A stretch of 64,000 nt of DNA from Phaeosaccion multiseriatum (taxonomy: Eukaryota > Protista > Ochrophyta, other classes), in the NCBI GenBank assembly GCA_965112735.1, contig OZ218957.1:1674001-1738000 (forward strand), in the 5' to 3' direction. Positions 13,301 to 26,033 of this stretch are shown in pieces. The first letter of the stretch is position 1. Each line of letters starts with the position of its first letter. A program made the translations under genes and the position numbers. The notes under the pieces were generated by a model. It saw nothing but the letters and a program-made list of their open reading frames with translations, was not told the origin of the DNA and ran no database searches.

Positions 13301-14038
13301 CACCAACCCCACCGCCCCCACTCACGTGGGACGGGCCTCCACCACGCCAGGCCACGCAGCAGCCGCCGCCGAAGAACGCAAGCGCACCCACTACCTGGGC
13401 AGTTTTCTGCCCGGGACTTCAACCCTGAAGTGCATTGCAATCGAGACGTACGGCAGACTGGGCCACCAAACGGACGAGCTCATCGAGGCGATGGCCATCC
13501 ACAAGGCATCAAGAGGGCTCGGCCCCGCAGCGGCGGCAGCCACGGGCCCCATCAAGGGCCTCCTGCGCCAACAACTGTCCCTCGCCCTTCAACGCGCCCT
13601 CTCACAGCGGGAGATCAGGTATGGCACCCTCCTTCGAGCCACCATGACGCAGCACGAAGCAGCAGAAACCCTCGACTGGGGGCTCATGGGAGCCATCGAC
13701 GGAGCGGCCGCCTGAGGAGCAGGAGTACACCAGCCAGCAGACAGCGAGACCATCAGCACACAGCATAGCAACCACAGTTAGTCACGCCTTGTCACCCGCA
13801 CCACCCACAGTAGGCTAGTTCACATATCACCTCCACCACCTCACTCCTTCCCACACCCCTTCATCTCCTCCTCCCCCCTTCACTCCCTTCCCATTCCCCA
13901 TTATCCTCTACTCTACCACCCTTACCATCCTCTTCCCCTCCACCTCACGCTCCATCAATACCACACATACACGCATCTACACATGGTTACAACTTACCTC
14001 GAGCGCTCCAATACTGAGCCCATAAGCTCTAATATACA
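7312..14038 (+). mobile_element. Full-length site-specific non-LTR retrotransposon, copy A1 (CRE-like, RLE type), 6727 bp, 11-bp TSD
   Basis: TSD TCTCACACCCC at 7301-7311 and 14039-14049. 30-nt 5' leader, one long ORF, ~320-nt C/T-rich 3' UTR ending GCTCTAATATACA, no poly(A). Confidence 0.95.
7342..13715 (+). CDS. Retrotransposon polyprotein (~2124 aa if the G-run at 9244-9250 is G8): C2H2 finger, 2 RING-like fingers, reverse transcriptase, CCHC, restriction-like endonuclease
   Basis: GCCACCATGG start. C2H2-like CNFEQC...HQLSHH near 8740; RING-like motifs at ~9396-9533 and ~9747-9944. RT motifs ARPV, GQLAVAVRGGGE, DITKAY, GVNQGAPEGP, AYADD (11811-11822), GLEFNERKT, GIPVG and RFGGLGL. C-terminal C-x4-C-x8-H-x3-C, then RMD...CDITV...EERKRTHY...AIETYGRLG. 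Copies B1 and B2 have G8 and read through this junction in frame. Confidence 0.93.
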
Positions 14039-14271
14039 TCTCACACCCCTCCACAGTACACCTCTTGACCACAGCCCCGTGCCTAACGCATAATCCTCCC
14101 TGCTGCGACTGCTTCTCACACCCCTCCACAGTACAAGTCTTTACCACAGCTCCATGCCTAGTGCACAATCCTCCTCGGACCTGCTGCTTCTCACACCCCT
14201 CCACAGTACAAGTCTTGACCACAGCTCCATGCCTAGTGCACAACCCTCCTTGGACCCGATACATCTCACAC
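14039..14271 (-). repeat. Three 75-bp zinc-finger-coding repeat units between copies A1 and A2
   Basis: Translate as CEMYRVQGGLCTRHGAVVKT / CTVEGCEKQQVRGGLCTRHGAVVKT / CTVEGCEKQSQQGGLCVRHGAVVKR / CTVEGCE. Confidence 0.92.
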
Positions 14272-14279
14272 CACACCCC

Positions 14280-17200
14280 ATCTTTTTTTCTGCTTAAGAC
14301 AGGGCCACCATGGAAGGGGACGACAGGGGGGCCACGCGGCCCCCCGGAGCCCAGGAGACACCAGCAAACCTCACAGCAACCCAGCAGGAGCCACCTATGA
14401 GCCGCGATCAGCAGCGGCTCGAAAGAAGGGAGAGACGGGCAGCGGCAGCAGCAATTCGCCAAACACCAGCACGGGAAGGCGTGCCCACCCCCATCACGGC
14501 TCCACCAGCGGCCGCAGCACCCCGCAACACCCTCCCGCAGGACCCACAGCTCCCACCAGCACTCACGGAACCCACAGCAACAGCAGCGGAAGCCCACCCC
14601 CAGCAGCAGCAACCACAACCGATCTCAACGACACGGCAACAAACAGCACCAGCCGCCAGGAGATCTACCACGCCCGCCAGCGAGACAACAGGCCCTACAA
14701 CAGCACCACCCCCCACAGCGACCAGCCCAGCACCCATGCAGCCAACCACGAGGCCAAGGGGACGAAGCAGGACCCCCCGAGCACGCAGCCCGGAAAGGCC
14801 AACCGCCACTTTCCGAGCCTCAGATCCAGCCCAAACCACCAACGCGTCAACTCACAGAAACGCACACGGGATCACAGAGCAAATCGTCTCCATCCTCCAA
14901 GACGAATACGAAGACACCCACCTCACAGCCACGACCCCCATACGGCAACACCCGAACCTCTTCTTCAACGAACAAGCGCCAGCATCCGCCAGCCGACGCA
15001 TCAGCGCTGAGTTCGCAAGCCTAAACCTCACCGCGACGGAACTGACCCACCACAACACGGCCGAGGCCATCGCCGACCTCGTACGACCACCCCCCACGAC
15101 GCACGAGGAAGAGACAGCATCACTCGAAACAGACACGCATGGACACGCACCAACGACATGGAGCAACACCATACGCCACCAGCGCGACGCGGCGCTCCCG
15201 CCTACCAACTCGCACTTCTATATGCCCCTCCTCAGACAAGCTCTAAGGAGCGGAGGCCCCCCCACCACCCCCGGAAGACCACATGGGGGAGGAGATTACC
15301 CCCTTGGATGGCAACAGATCGTAGAGGCCTATGCCCACACGCTCGCAGGCCAAGAGATCACCTCCAACGAGTTGGTCAACGACTACATCACCGCCTCACG
15401 ACAGGAGGAACTCATCGCGGTATTACCCGACGTCCAAGCCATCGTTGAGCGCTACGGCCACGCCCTACGCGACCACACCAACAACACCACCACCTCCCCC
15501 TTCGCCAACACCATGGCCACACCGTGGTGGGCGCCGGGGCAAGCCCTCGCCTTACGCACGAGGCAGGCCCCCCGGGGAACCGCACCAGGACCGCCAACAC
15601 CCCCCACCCAAAGTGACACAACCACGCCACAGACGGACGACACCCACAACAACACCACAGCGTACCGCAGGAACATTGACAACAACTACATCGCCACGGG
15701 AGTCCTCTGCAACTTCGAACAGTGCAATGACACCTTCGTCACGGTCGGCAGGTCCAGAGACCGCCTCAACAGGCACCAGTTGAGCCACCACCCCAACCGC
15801 GGCCGAGAGTGGGAACGATGGATGCGCGAACACCACCCCCAGGCCGCGTCAATCCTGTGGTACCGCGCCAACGGCCCACAGAGCGGACCACAGAACAGAA
15901 CGTATCAGCTACGTGACTGTATACGTGGATGCGGCAACCTGGCCCACAGAAACTCCGGCAGATCCCTCCTCAGAAGCTTCCCGCAAGCAGGCCTACGGCA
16001 GCCCATATGCCACACATGCATACGAGCATACGAAGCAGCACACCTCCCGGCATCGTCAACCATCCCACCACGAGCTCGCAGCATGCCCCCACCGACAAGA
16101 GCAGGTGGGACAGACACTACACGGGAGCACGACCCGGAGGGAGAAGGGAGAGGAGAGCGAGCGGGACACAGGGGAGGGGGACGAGGAGACCGCGACGGAA
16201 GAGTAGTAGCAGGGGGGAGAGGGCGAAAACAGCAGAGGCGGAGGAGAGCGCCCAGCACTGGCACGGGAAGCAGCGGCAGAAGGAGGGGAAGGGCAAGCAG
16301 AGGGAGGAGGTGACGAAGCAGAAGGAGGAGGCGACCCCACCAACAACGAGGAGCTACCCAACTGCCCGGTGTGTATGGAACCGCTCACTGGCCAAGCACA
16401 AGTCGCCATGCACGAAGACGAACATCACGTGCACAACCACTGCGCATTGGGAGTCATGAGCACGTACCCCAACCGCAACGACCACCTCTGCCCCTACTGC
16501 CGCAACCCCTGCTACCGGCACACGATCGAGCAGGCCATCACAGCACAAGGAGGGAGAGCTATGGGCCGCGCAAGGGATCGCCTAGCGAGGGAGCGCAGAG
16601 AGTCGCATCAGCAGCACGCGCAGGCCAGCCAAGGACGGCGCCGCCAGTCCCAGCCACCCCCCACCACCCGACACACACCCCCACCCCAACCTACCGCCCC
16701 CCCAGCCCCGATATGCTGCATATGCATGTCTGACGCGGACCCCCCTTTCATCGCACCAACCACGGAGTGGCCAGTACGCACCCGACGCTGCCAACACACC
16801 GTTCACCCCGCGTGCCTCCTTCACCACCTGAACGACCAAGCCACACTGAGGAGAGCCAACCAGCAGCCCGTCATACCACCAGGCAACCTCCCCTGCCCCG
16901 CGCAAGGCTGCATGGCTGGCTACCAAGCTCAACGAGCCATCCCCGCCCTCAGGACCATCCTCACCCAAGGCAACGCAGCATCGGCCTACCAAGGCCCCCT
17001 CAACGACCTCGAGAACGCCTATCTAGGCCCAGACCCAAACGAGGACCCGTCGCGTACGGCAACGCCCCAGCACACGACAGCAACGGCCAGGCTCAACCCG
17101 TACCAACCCACCACCCCCACGGGCAGAGGAGGAGGGCGAGGGCACGCGGAAGGAGGAGGAGGAGGAGGAGGAGCAATCGCAGCAGCGCCAAGTGGAGTAG

Positions 17201-20200
17201 AAGGACGAAGAGGAGGACGAGGGAGGGGGAAGGAAACGGACAAGGAGCAGCAGCAGAGAGGGGACCTCAGAGAGAAAGGGCAGGGGGAGATAGCACACGC
17301 ACGCAAGGAACCACAGCAGCAGCAGCGAGACGAGGGGGAGGAGGACGGAGCAGAGGCCAAGGAGGTAGCGGCGGGGACGGAGGGGACGGAGAAGGGCCAG
17401 CCAACGACGATACACCCGAGGAAGGATGGCCCATGCAGCACCCAAACGTCCTCCGCCTAGGGGCCCTGGACCCGCAGGGTACCATCCTCTCAACACTCGT
17501 GTTTGAGACAGTAGCGCAGTGCAACCCCCGCCACGTAAGCTTGATTATCAGCTTACAGCAAAGAGCGCTCAACAACTGGAACAGGGCGCTGAGGGCCCAC
17601 AAGAACGGACCCACCGACGCCACCCTCCACACCCTTCTGGCATGGGATGTCTTCCACCACCTCCTCCCTGCCATGCTCTTCTCTAAAGACGGAGCCTACA
17701 GCCGCCAGCAGCGGATACAGATGGTCCTCGACCTCGACATCGCCCCACTCGCACAAGCAGCGATAGCCACAGCACACGCACGCCGCCCACCACCCCCAGC
17801 ACAGGCACAGACAGAGGAGCGACGGAGAGAAACCTGCGCCCACCTGCTCACCAAACCCGGAGGCCTGCACAAGGCCGCGGCGAGGCTCAGCACAAAGAGC
17901 AGAGACGGCCACCTCCCTCCCACACACGAGACCTTTCGACGCCTCCAGCAAGCGCACGTCGACGAGAGCCTCGAAGAGATCAACACAGCAGCAACAGCAG
18001 CCAGGGAGTACGCCAGAACCCAGGTGCAGGAGCACCCCGAGAATGGCAACGACGTCACCAGAGAGGAGATCAGCACAGCCATGCTGCTGACCTACCGGAG
18101 GGTCAACTACTGGAAGGGCCAAGGAGCAGACGGGCGCAGGGCGAGCCACGTCAAGTACCCCCCGGACAGCCCCCAGGAGTACGCAATCGTGGAGGCTCTG
18201 ACTGACACCTACGAGCTGCTCCGAACGGGGGACACTCCACTGCCTCCACAGCTCGCCAAACGGTGGTTCAGCACCAGCGCCGCAGCCCTCGGCGAGAAAG
18301 CGCGTCCTGTGACATCCCCCAACCTCTACCGCAGCCTCGTGGAGAGCTGTCACATGAAGCTCATCGCGGACAGGGTGGGCCCAGAGCTCAGAAGCGCAGG
18401 ACAGCTAGCGGTAGCGGTCAGAGGCGGAGGGGAAACACACGCCGCAGCAGCCCAGCTAGCGCACGATGCCGGCAAAACCGTCGTGCTGCATGACATCACC
18501 AAGGCCTACACCCGCGTGTCGCGTGCCAGAGGCGTCCTAGCCTCAGGCGCACTCCCTACCATCGACCCAGCAGGCATCAACTACGCCATCGCCAGCCTCT
18601 CCCACGCCTCCGCCCACAACGCCCTCACACCAGACGGCACCCAGACCATCCACCAGAGCTCCGGAGTCAACCAAGGAGCACCAGAAGGGCCTCTCATGTT
18701 CGCAGCCGCCATCCACCCAGTGCTGAAAGTTCAGAACACAGCCGACACCGCAGCGAACCGCCCCACCATCTCCGCCTACGCAGACGACCTCATGGACCAG
18801 CTGGAACCCGACGCACCCCTAGAGACCTACGCCCCACGCCATGCCCATCTCCAAGCCCAATTCCGAGGCTTGGGCCTCGAGTTCAACGAGAGGAAAACGG
18901 TTTACCTCATGGGCAAAGGCAAGCAGCCAACACAGGCTGACAGGGACCACGCCCAACGGCAGGGCGCCACACTTGCCACCGAGGGTACCGTGGTAGCCGG
19001 CATCCCCGTCGGCACAGAGGAGTACATCGAAGAGTACCTCCGCAACATCCTCGGCCAAGAAGACCCCAGGGGCTACCTCCAACTCGCCAAACACTGCAGC
19101 GAGTGGGACAACACCCAGGCGGCCACCCTCGTCCTCCTCCAATGCCTCCCAGCCAGGCTCACACACCTGGCGAGAGCCATTGACCCCTCCATCTTCCGAC
19201 GCGCCCTCGGCAGCAGGGCAGACCGCACCAACAGGGCGACACTGGCCCACATCATGCGACTCCCCGATGCCCCCCCTCTGGAGCAGGCCGCAGATGCACA
19301 AGAGGAGCCATGGACGGAGACACAGCGCCTACAAATGCATACGGCACGGCGCTTCGGCGGCCTCGGCCTCACCAGCCCCCACGACATCGCCCCAGCAGCA
19401 TACCTTGGCAACAAGATGCTCACCCTCCCCCCTGCTCAGCCGCACCGCACGCCGGGAAGGCTCCCAAGAGAGCGCCCTACCGGACCAGCTGTTCACCAAC
19501 GGAGCCCTCAAGAGCGTCGCCGACAGCGTCAACCTCCTGCACGAGGAGGGGGTCCCTGAGGCCCCCCTCATCCAAGCAGTGGGTCAGGCACAGTTCGACG
19601 AGGCCCGCTCACGCGTACTCGAGCCGCCTGACCACCAAGCCCAAGACACAGCGCGACGCAACGTGCGCAGGAGCCATCAGGCAGGCCGTCAACCGACCCA
19701 CGGCGTCCAGAAGGCCCTCACCACCTTCATCCACAAACGCCGCCATGAGGAGCTGACGCAGAGCATCGCCACCATCGACGTCACACCGGCAGAGGCACAG
19801 AGGGGAGAGGAGACACAGGAAATGGCAACAGCCCGACTCCACTCACAGCGAGGAAGGGGCGCCATGGCCTTCCTCGGAGCGCTCCCCCACGGCCACAACA
19901 CCATGGCCCCCGCAGAATGGACCATGGCCCTTCGTCGCAACCTCGGTGTCAACACGCCATACGCGGACCCGCCCCCACCCTGCCTCGGCACAGGCTGCGC
20001 CCGCACGGCAAGCACCACCCACGCCACCATCTGCCCCCGCACCGGCCTCCACAACCACACACACCACCTCCTCGTCAAGGCCTTCGGGAGGATGATGCAC
20101 AGCGTGGGCATTGGAGGAGCACGTGTAGAGGACCAGACCTGCTTCGACGGCCCCACGGGCACCCGAGCAGGCCGAGACCTACGCATGGATCTGACCTATC

Positions 20201-21000
20201 CCGCAGGTAGCTTCCCGGGAGCGGACGCACCCCTGCGGAGAAACCTCCTCTGCGACATCACCGTCACCAACCCCACCGCCCCCACCCACGTGGGACGGGC
20301 CTCCACCACGCCAGGCCACGCAGCAGCCGCCGCCGAAGAGCGCAAGCGCATTCACTACCTGGGCAGTTTTCTGCCCGGGACTTCAACCCTGAAGTGCATT
20401 GCAATCGAGACGTACGGCAGACTGGGCCACCAAACGGACGAGCTCATCGAGGCGATGGCCATCCACAAGGCATCAAGAGGGCTCGGCCCCGCAGCGGCGG
20501 CAGCCACGGGCCCCATCAAGGGCCTCCTGCGCCAACAACTGTCCCTCGCCCTTCAACGCGCCCTCTCACAGCGGGAGATCAGGTATGGCACCCTCCTTCG
20601 AGCCACGATGACGCAGCACGAAGCAGCAGAAACCCTCGACTGGGGGCTCATGGGAGCCATCGACGGAGCGGCCGCCTGAGGAGCAGGAGTACACCAGCCA
20701 GCAGACAGCGAGACCATCAGCACACAGCATAGCAACCACAGTTAGTCACGCCTTGTCACCCGCACCACCCCCAGTAGGATAGTTCACATATCACCTCCAC
20801 CACCTCACTCCTTCCCACCCCCCTTCATCTCCTCCTCCCCCTCACTCCCTTCCCATTCCCCATTATCCTCTACTCTACCACCCTTACCATCCTCTTCCCC
20901 TCCACATCACGCTCCATCAATACCACACATACACGCATCTACACATGGTTACAACTTACCTCGAGCGCTCCAATACTGAGCCCATAAGCTCTAATATACA
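14280..21000 (+). mobile_element. Full-length retrotransposon copy A2 (6721 bp; ORF 14310-20679 with homopolymer frameshifts)
   Basis: Nearly identical to A1, with the same 5' start ATCTTTTTTTCTGC and the same 3' end. Flanked by TCTCACAC on both sides, with an extra CACACCCC at the 5' junction. Confidence 0.95.
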
Positions 21001-21416
21001 TCTCACACCCCTCCCCAGTCCACGATTTTTTGATCCCGGCTGCGAGGCAGAGGGTCTTCTCCTCTGAGAGCTCTTCAACAGATCAACGGGATAAGATATC
21101 AGGGTATGATGATGGAAACCTCAGCTCTGAGTGGCTCCTCCCTCACGTTCTTTCCCGCAGATCGATGTGGAGAGATTGTCTTCTAGTTCCCCCCCAAGGC
21201 CTTCAAAACAAAACAAATTCGCCTCAGGAGATGAGGGTCTCACGCCCATCCACCGCACACCAGCTCTTGAGTGGCTCTTCCGTCTCGTCTCCTCCCGCAC
21301 CCGGCTGAAAGACAAGGCTTTGTGCAGAGTATTGCGTGTGAAAGGGGAAAAGGTGAATATAGAAATGGGAAATGGATCGGGCGCGTCTGGTGCCATCTGT
21401 GCTGGCCAAATTTATA
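21001..21416 (-). repeat. 5' region of host gene A; inverted paralog of 46397-46812
   Basis: About 415 bp of high similarity to the reverse complement of 46397-46812, e.g. shared GATCGATGTGGAGAGATTGTCTTCTAGTTCC and GCTGGCCAAATTTATA. Confidence 0.9.
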
Positions 21417-21654
21417 TTTTTCTTCAATCGCACTCACTGCCTGTTTACCTAACGACCTGTTCGCCACACCGCCTCGAGTGTCGTGTGCATGAGCTCCCTG
21501 CTCCCTCCGACGTCAGTCACATCGCCATGATGAGTATGGGAGCCTGACAGCAAGAGAGCAGCCCAGCCTACGGCAGCCCAGCCTAATGGTCTCACAGCCT
21601 GAGAGCCTCTCCTCCCCATCCCACAACCGAATCAAAGAAGATGCAAGTGATCTA

Positions 21655-22110
21655 ATCAAATCAAATCGGCGAGCTTGAGAGACTTGGCCACGAGGAAAGG
21701 CCCCTCCTCGTCAGTAGCTTTGACCCGGCTCATGCCTTCCGTGCTCCCGCCGCCTCCCTGCACAGCCAACACAGCACACATGAATACATCCAGAGGGCAA
21801 CAGCGGCAGAGCAGAGCAGAGCAGAGCAGCAGCGAGGGCCCGGCGTAAGGGCGATAGGGCGCAGCTGCTTCACACGAGTCCGTGTGTACGGGTGACGGCA
21901 AGCAGAGAGCAAAACACTCCCAGCATCCATCGTGGCAGTGGCAAGGCGTGAAAGTCACTCGCCCCATTACCCTCCTCCCTGTTGGCTTATTCCAACCCAT
22001 AACCCCTTGGACAAGACTCGCAGACACTTCCACCCCTCTCTCTCCTCGTCTATGCCCTCGGTCTTCCGCTGTCTCCTGCCCCAAGCCTCCGACCCCCAAC
22101 ACCCCCTAGC
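21655..22110. repeat. Direct-repeat copy 2 (paralog of 5508-6074); 3' region of the RluA gene
   Basis: Same sequence as 5508-6074 without the MITE, also followed by a (CCCA)n tract. Confidence 0.9.
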
Positions 22111-22290
22111 GCCAGCCCCCGACCCAGCCAGCCTCCCTACCCACCCACCGACCCAGCCACCCACCCATCCTACCCACCTACCCACCCACCCACCCACCCA
22201 CTCCCCCACCCACCCACCCACCCACTCACCCACCCACCCACCCACCCGCCCATCCGCCCATCAGTCATCCATCCACGCCTCTACCCCACT

Positions 22291-22661
22291 CTAACCGACA
22301 CTCACCTCCCTCTCCTGTGCAAAGTGGAGCAGTGGACCTGCTTGTCCCGCCCTCTCCAGCACCCCCCTCGCAGCGCCCCACATGTCCGAGGGGATTGGGG
22401 CCGTCAGGCAGAGCTGCTCCCCTGTAAAGGGGTGTTGTAGTTCGAGGTAGTGGGCGTGGAGGAGTACTCGCTTCACACCCTGCTGCTCTGCTCGCTTGTT
22501 CCACTCCCTGTTGGTGTTGGGTGTGGTGTGGGGGAGGGAGGGGAGGGGAGGAGCGGGGTGGGGTGGGGTGGTTTGGGTTGGTGGACATTGAGCGAGAAGG
22601 ACATAATTCACCGAAAAGCCAATGAGGACACTGAGTGGGTGCGTGGTGCTATACACGCGCG

Positions 22662-22730
<69 letters not shown>

Positions 22731-23111
22731 TGTGCTTGTATCAAGGCCTATCCAAACAAAGGATGATGACTGACGACTGATACTGATCTAGACATGGTAT
22801 GGCGTGCACATGCGCGTGTGGTGGAGACATGGAGAAGGGCGTTGGGACGAAATCAACCACCGCACTACTCCACATCCCCCCCTGCCTGTCTGTCTGTGCC
22901 TCCCTACCTCCACCCATATGCCTGTCCATAAGCCTGCTTTATGTGCCTGCCCATATGCCTCTGCCTGCCTCGCTTCACTCACTTGTCCCCAAAGAGGGTA
23001 TCGCCCAAGATCGGGGAATTGACGGAAGCTAAGTGGCATCGGATCTGGTGCATTCGGCCCGTGAACAGGGTCACCTGCGGTAAGCAAGGGGCAGCCGCAA
23101 TGGGCAGCAGT

Positions 23112-23156
<45 letters not shown>

Positions 23157-25622
23157 CAGGGAGGGCGTGAGGGAGGGAGTAAGGGTAAGAGATTGTTTTG
23201 CATTTTCTGCGCCCTCCGCCTCACCCCATCCCCGCCCACCCATACGCCCCCATCGCACCTGAACGAAGGAGAGCCCCGTAGCTCCTGTAGAGGCCATGGG
23301 CAGAACGCGGGTGTGCGCTGGTTTGGCCTTGGCTTCGATGGCCGCGGTCTTGCCCTCTGCCCCCTTGGGGACCGTGGCCATTCGCCCGCTGCTTCGGCGG
23401 TACATTGGAGTCTCGATGTCGAGTTGGCCTCGAACGGCTTTGCCTGCGGTGACTGCGAGGTACGTCTTGGCGACTCGGCGGTTACGGAAAAGCTTGGAAA
23501 GCTTGCTTGAGGCCTTTTGAGGGAGGAAAGCGCCGGAGGGGGCGCGAGGGAGAGAGAGGGTGGAGAGAGAGAGAGAGAAGCACACGCAGAGGCAGAGGTG
23601 CGAATTGACGACGGTCAGAAACGCCACACACATGGAGAGAGAGGGAGGAAGGGAGCAATCGCGCCGTTGTCACAAAGTACACTCATTCCCCCTGCCCTAC
23701 CTTCCTCTACCTTCCTCCCTCCCCTCCCCTCCCTCCCTCCCTCCTCGTCCCAACCCGTTGGCCCAACACGCACCCACCTTGAGCGTCTTGGCAATCATCA
23801 GCACGCCACTCGTGTCCTTGTCAAGCCTATGTACAATGCCCTGCAACAAACCCTGCTGCTTCCGCGCCCTCGTCACGTCATCCCACTTGGGCACCGTGTT
23901 GCCCTCCTCCTTCTGCTGCTTGGGCAGCTGCCCCTCCGACTTCAGCAAGTGATGCCACACACCGTGCAGCGCCGTGCCCTCCTGTGCGCCATCGCAGGGC
24001 ATGACCACCACTCCCGCGGGCTTGTTGATGACCACGTAGTGTTCATCCTCGAAGAGTACATCAAGGGCAAGGTCTTTGGCGGCAAGTTTATCCCCCCTGC
24101 TCACCGTCATGCCGCTGCTCGAAGCCGCCGCTGCTGCCGCCCAGGACGACGCCGAGGCAGAGGATTTGGCACCCAGCGTCCCGTCCCACTTGTTGGCATT
24201 CTTACCAGTCGGCTTGGCCCCCTTTCCTCCCTTACCGCCCTTGCCGCTGCCCCCTGTTGCTCCTGCTGCTGTATCACCAACTGCTCCAGCCCCTCCCAAC
24301 CCTCCGCCCCCCGCCGGACCTCCTCTCCCCCCTGCCAGTGCGTCGTCAGGAAGCACCACGCCTTCCACAATGCGCAGCTCCTCAAGCGCCGGCATGGTAA
24401 TGGTCATCCCCTTCTTGACGCGGATGAAGCGAGCGCTGACCCTCCCGTTGACAGACACCTCTCTATTCGTCAGCATTTTCCGAAAGAAGCGCCTGCAGAG
24501 AGAGAGAGAGAGAGAGAGGTTGAATAGTCCCCACAATACCAATGATGAGGTGAGAGAGAGAAAGAAAGGAGGGGGAGAGAGAGAAAGACATATCGCGAGT
24601 AAGAGGGAGAGGGAGTGAGAGCGAGCACGCAAAGAGGGTCCGGAGAGTGGAGATGGAGAAGAAGGAGAGAGTCGGAGGGGAAGGGGTCTTACACCGCACA
24701 CATGCACATGTGCAAAGCGAGGGAGCCACGCGCGGTAAGCTACGCGGCGGCAAGCTCTTTGAACGGAGGGAATGACACCGGCGTGTGGAAGGGCGCGGAA
24801 CGACTAGCCAATGAAGCTACCCCGTCATACAGAGAGAGAGGGGAGAGGCCCTGTCATCCACCGCAAGCCCTGCTATGTCAGGCGATTGAGCTTTTGTGAA
24901 CGAACTGGACACAGCATCAAGCCTCCGTCTTTCTTACCTTGACTTGGAGGGGATACGGCGGGCCAACAGCCACTGGGCAGCGAAAGGAGATGCGACAACG
25001 AGGGGCCAGGATCACGGGCGAGCAACGACAAGACTCGGGGAGTCAGAGCAGGCAGATGAAAGAAGGCGAGCCTCTGTCGTCCATCATCCCTGGGCTCCTC
25101 CACACACAGCCCCTCAACCACCCCGCCACTCACATCAATGGGCGCCTTGTCGTCCCGTGGCCCGACCAGCACCTCCGTAAGTACCTCATTCAAGTACACC
25201 ATCGTATCCAAGTCCCTATTGCGTGGCTTCTTGGGTCTAACGCTGCTGCTGCTGCTGCTGCTGCTGCTACTGCTCTCGCCGCCATCACTTCTATCGCCCC
25301 TCGGCCCCTCCTCCGCCATGCTAAGCCTTCGCTTCCGCGCACTGCTTGGGCGCGACAAGAACGACGACGGGGAACGGCGACACGAAGAGGAGGAGGCTGT
25401 GCACTCTCCCTGCTGCGTGTACTGCCCTCGCCCCTTGGGGTGGAAGAGGGGCTTGGAGGGCGCCTGGCCAGTGAAGCCCTCTGCAAAGGATAGAGGGTGG
25501 AGGCAGCTCTGGAGTCCGCACAAAACAGCAAGCAACAAATCCGCCTTCCCCCTCCGACTCCTGCTGCTGCTGCTGCTGCGCCTCATCCTTCTCCCCCTCA
25601 TTATTCTACACCCAGCTTCCAT
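22291..25622 (-). CDS. RluA/RluD-family RNA pseudouridine synthase, multi-exon, probably plastid-targeted
   Basis: S4-like VSVNG segment, VLFEDEHYVVINKPAGVVV, catalytic GIVHRLDKDTSG, KTYLA, TGRMHQIRCH, PILGDTLFG and LLHAHYLELQHPFTGEQL. A hydrophobic N-terminal stretch followed by AEG-F resembles a heterokont bipartite presequence. The last exon could extend to 21656. Confidence 0.9.
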
Positions 25623-26033
25623 GCCTCACACTCGGCCCGATCCGCCGTCGGAGAGAATCACAGATGGGCAACCAGATGGGCAACAGAAAAAGGTCGGCTC
25701 GAAACTGTCATTGACATAATTGTGCGAGGGCGAGCCTTTCCTCAAACTCGCCCCAGAGGCAGCGGCAGAAAGGCGCTGATGAAGACGACTTGATACTGCC
25801 GTAATCGAGTGGGGGGAGATGCTTTTGTGGTAGGGAAAGCGGCACTGAACCGATAGTGGAGCAGCGTTTGTGTGTTGTGTTGACATGGTCTCCCCGGAGC
25901 GAGGCCATGGCCCGATCGGTCGGGCCCGTGTCAGTCTTCCTAGGAGGATGCACAAGATGAGATAGAGTGTAGCAGGGGAAGAAGAAGAAGAAGAGGCAGG
26001 GGGTGAAGAGGCGCGTCCAAAGCTCACAAAACA

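Larger units (their letters stand above)
6308..21100 (-). pseudogene. Host gene A: WRKY19-like zinc-finger tandem-repeat protein (about 6 fingers plus a unique C-terminal region), interrupted by 3 retrotransposon insertions
   Basis: Removing the insertions joins units such as CTVEGCEKQQVRGGLCTRHGAVVKT (14039-14271, 7224-7311, ~6945-7080) to the open C-terminal ORF ending at 6308. No start codon was identified, so the 5' boundary is approximate. Confidence 0.75.

Noticed and set aside
13991-14000. U1 snRNA gene fragment (ACTTACCT)
   Set aside because: Only 8 nt match and no U1 body or Sm site follows; better read as an antisense splice donor.
5508-22110. LTR retrotransposon bounded by the direct repeats
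   Set aside because: No TG...CA ends, PBS, PPT, gag, protease or integrase; the internal RT is non-LTR type with its own TSDs.
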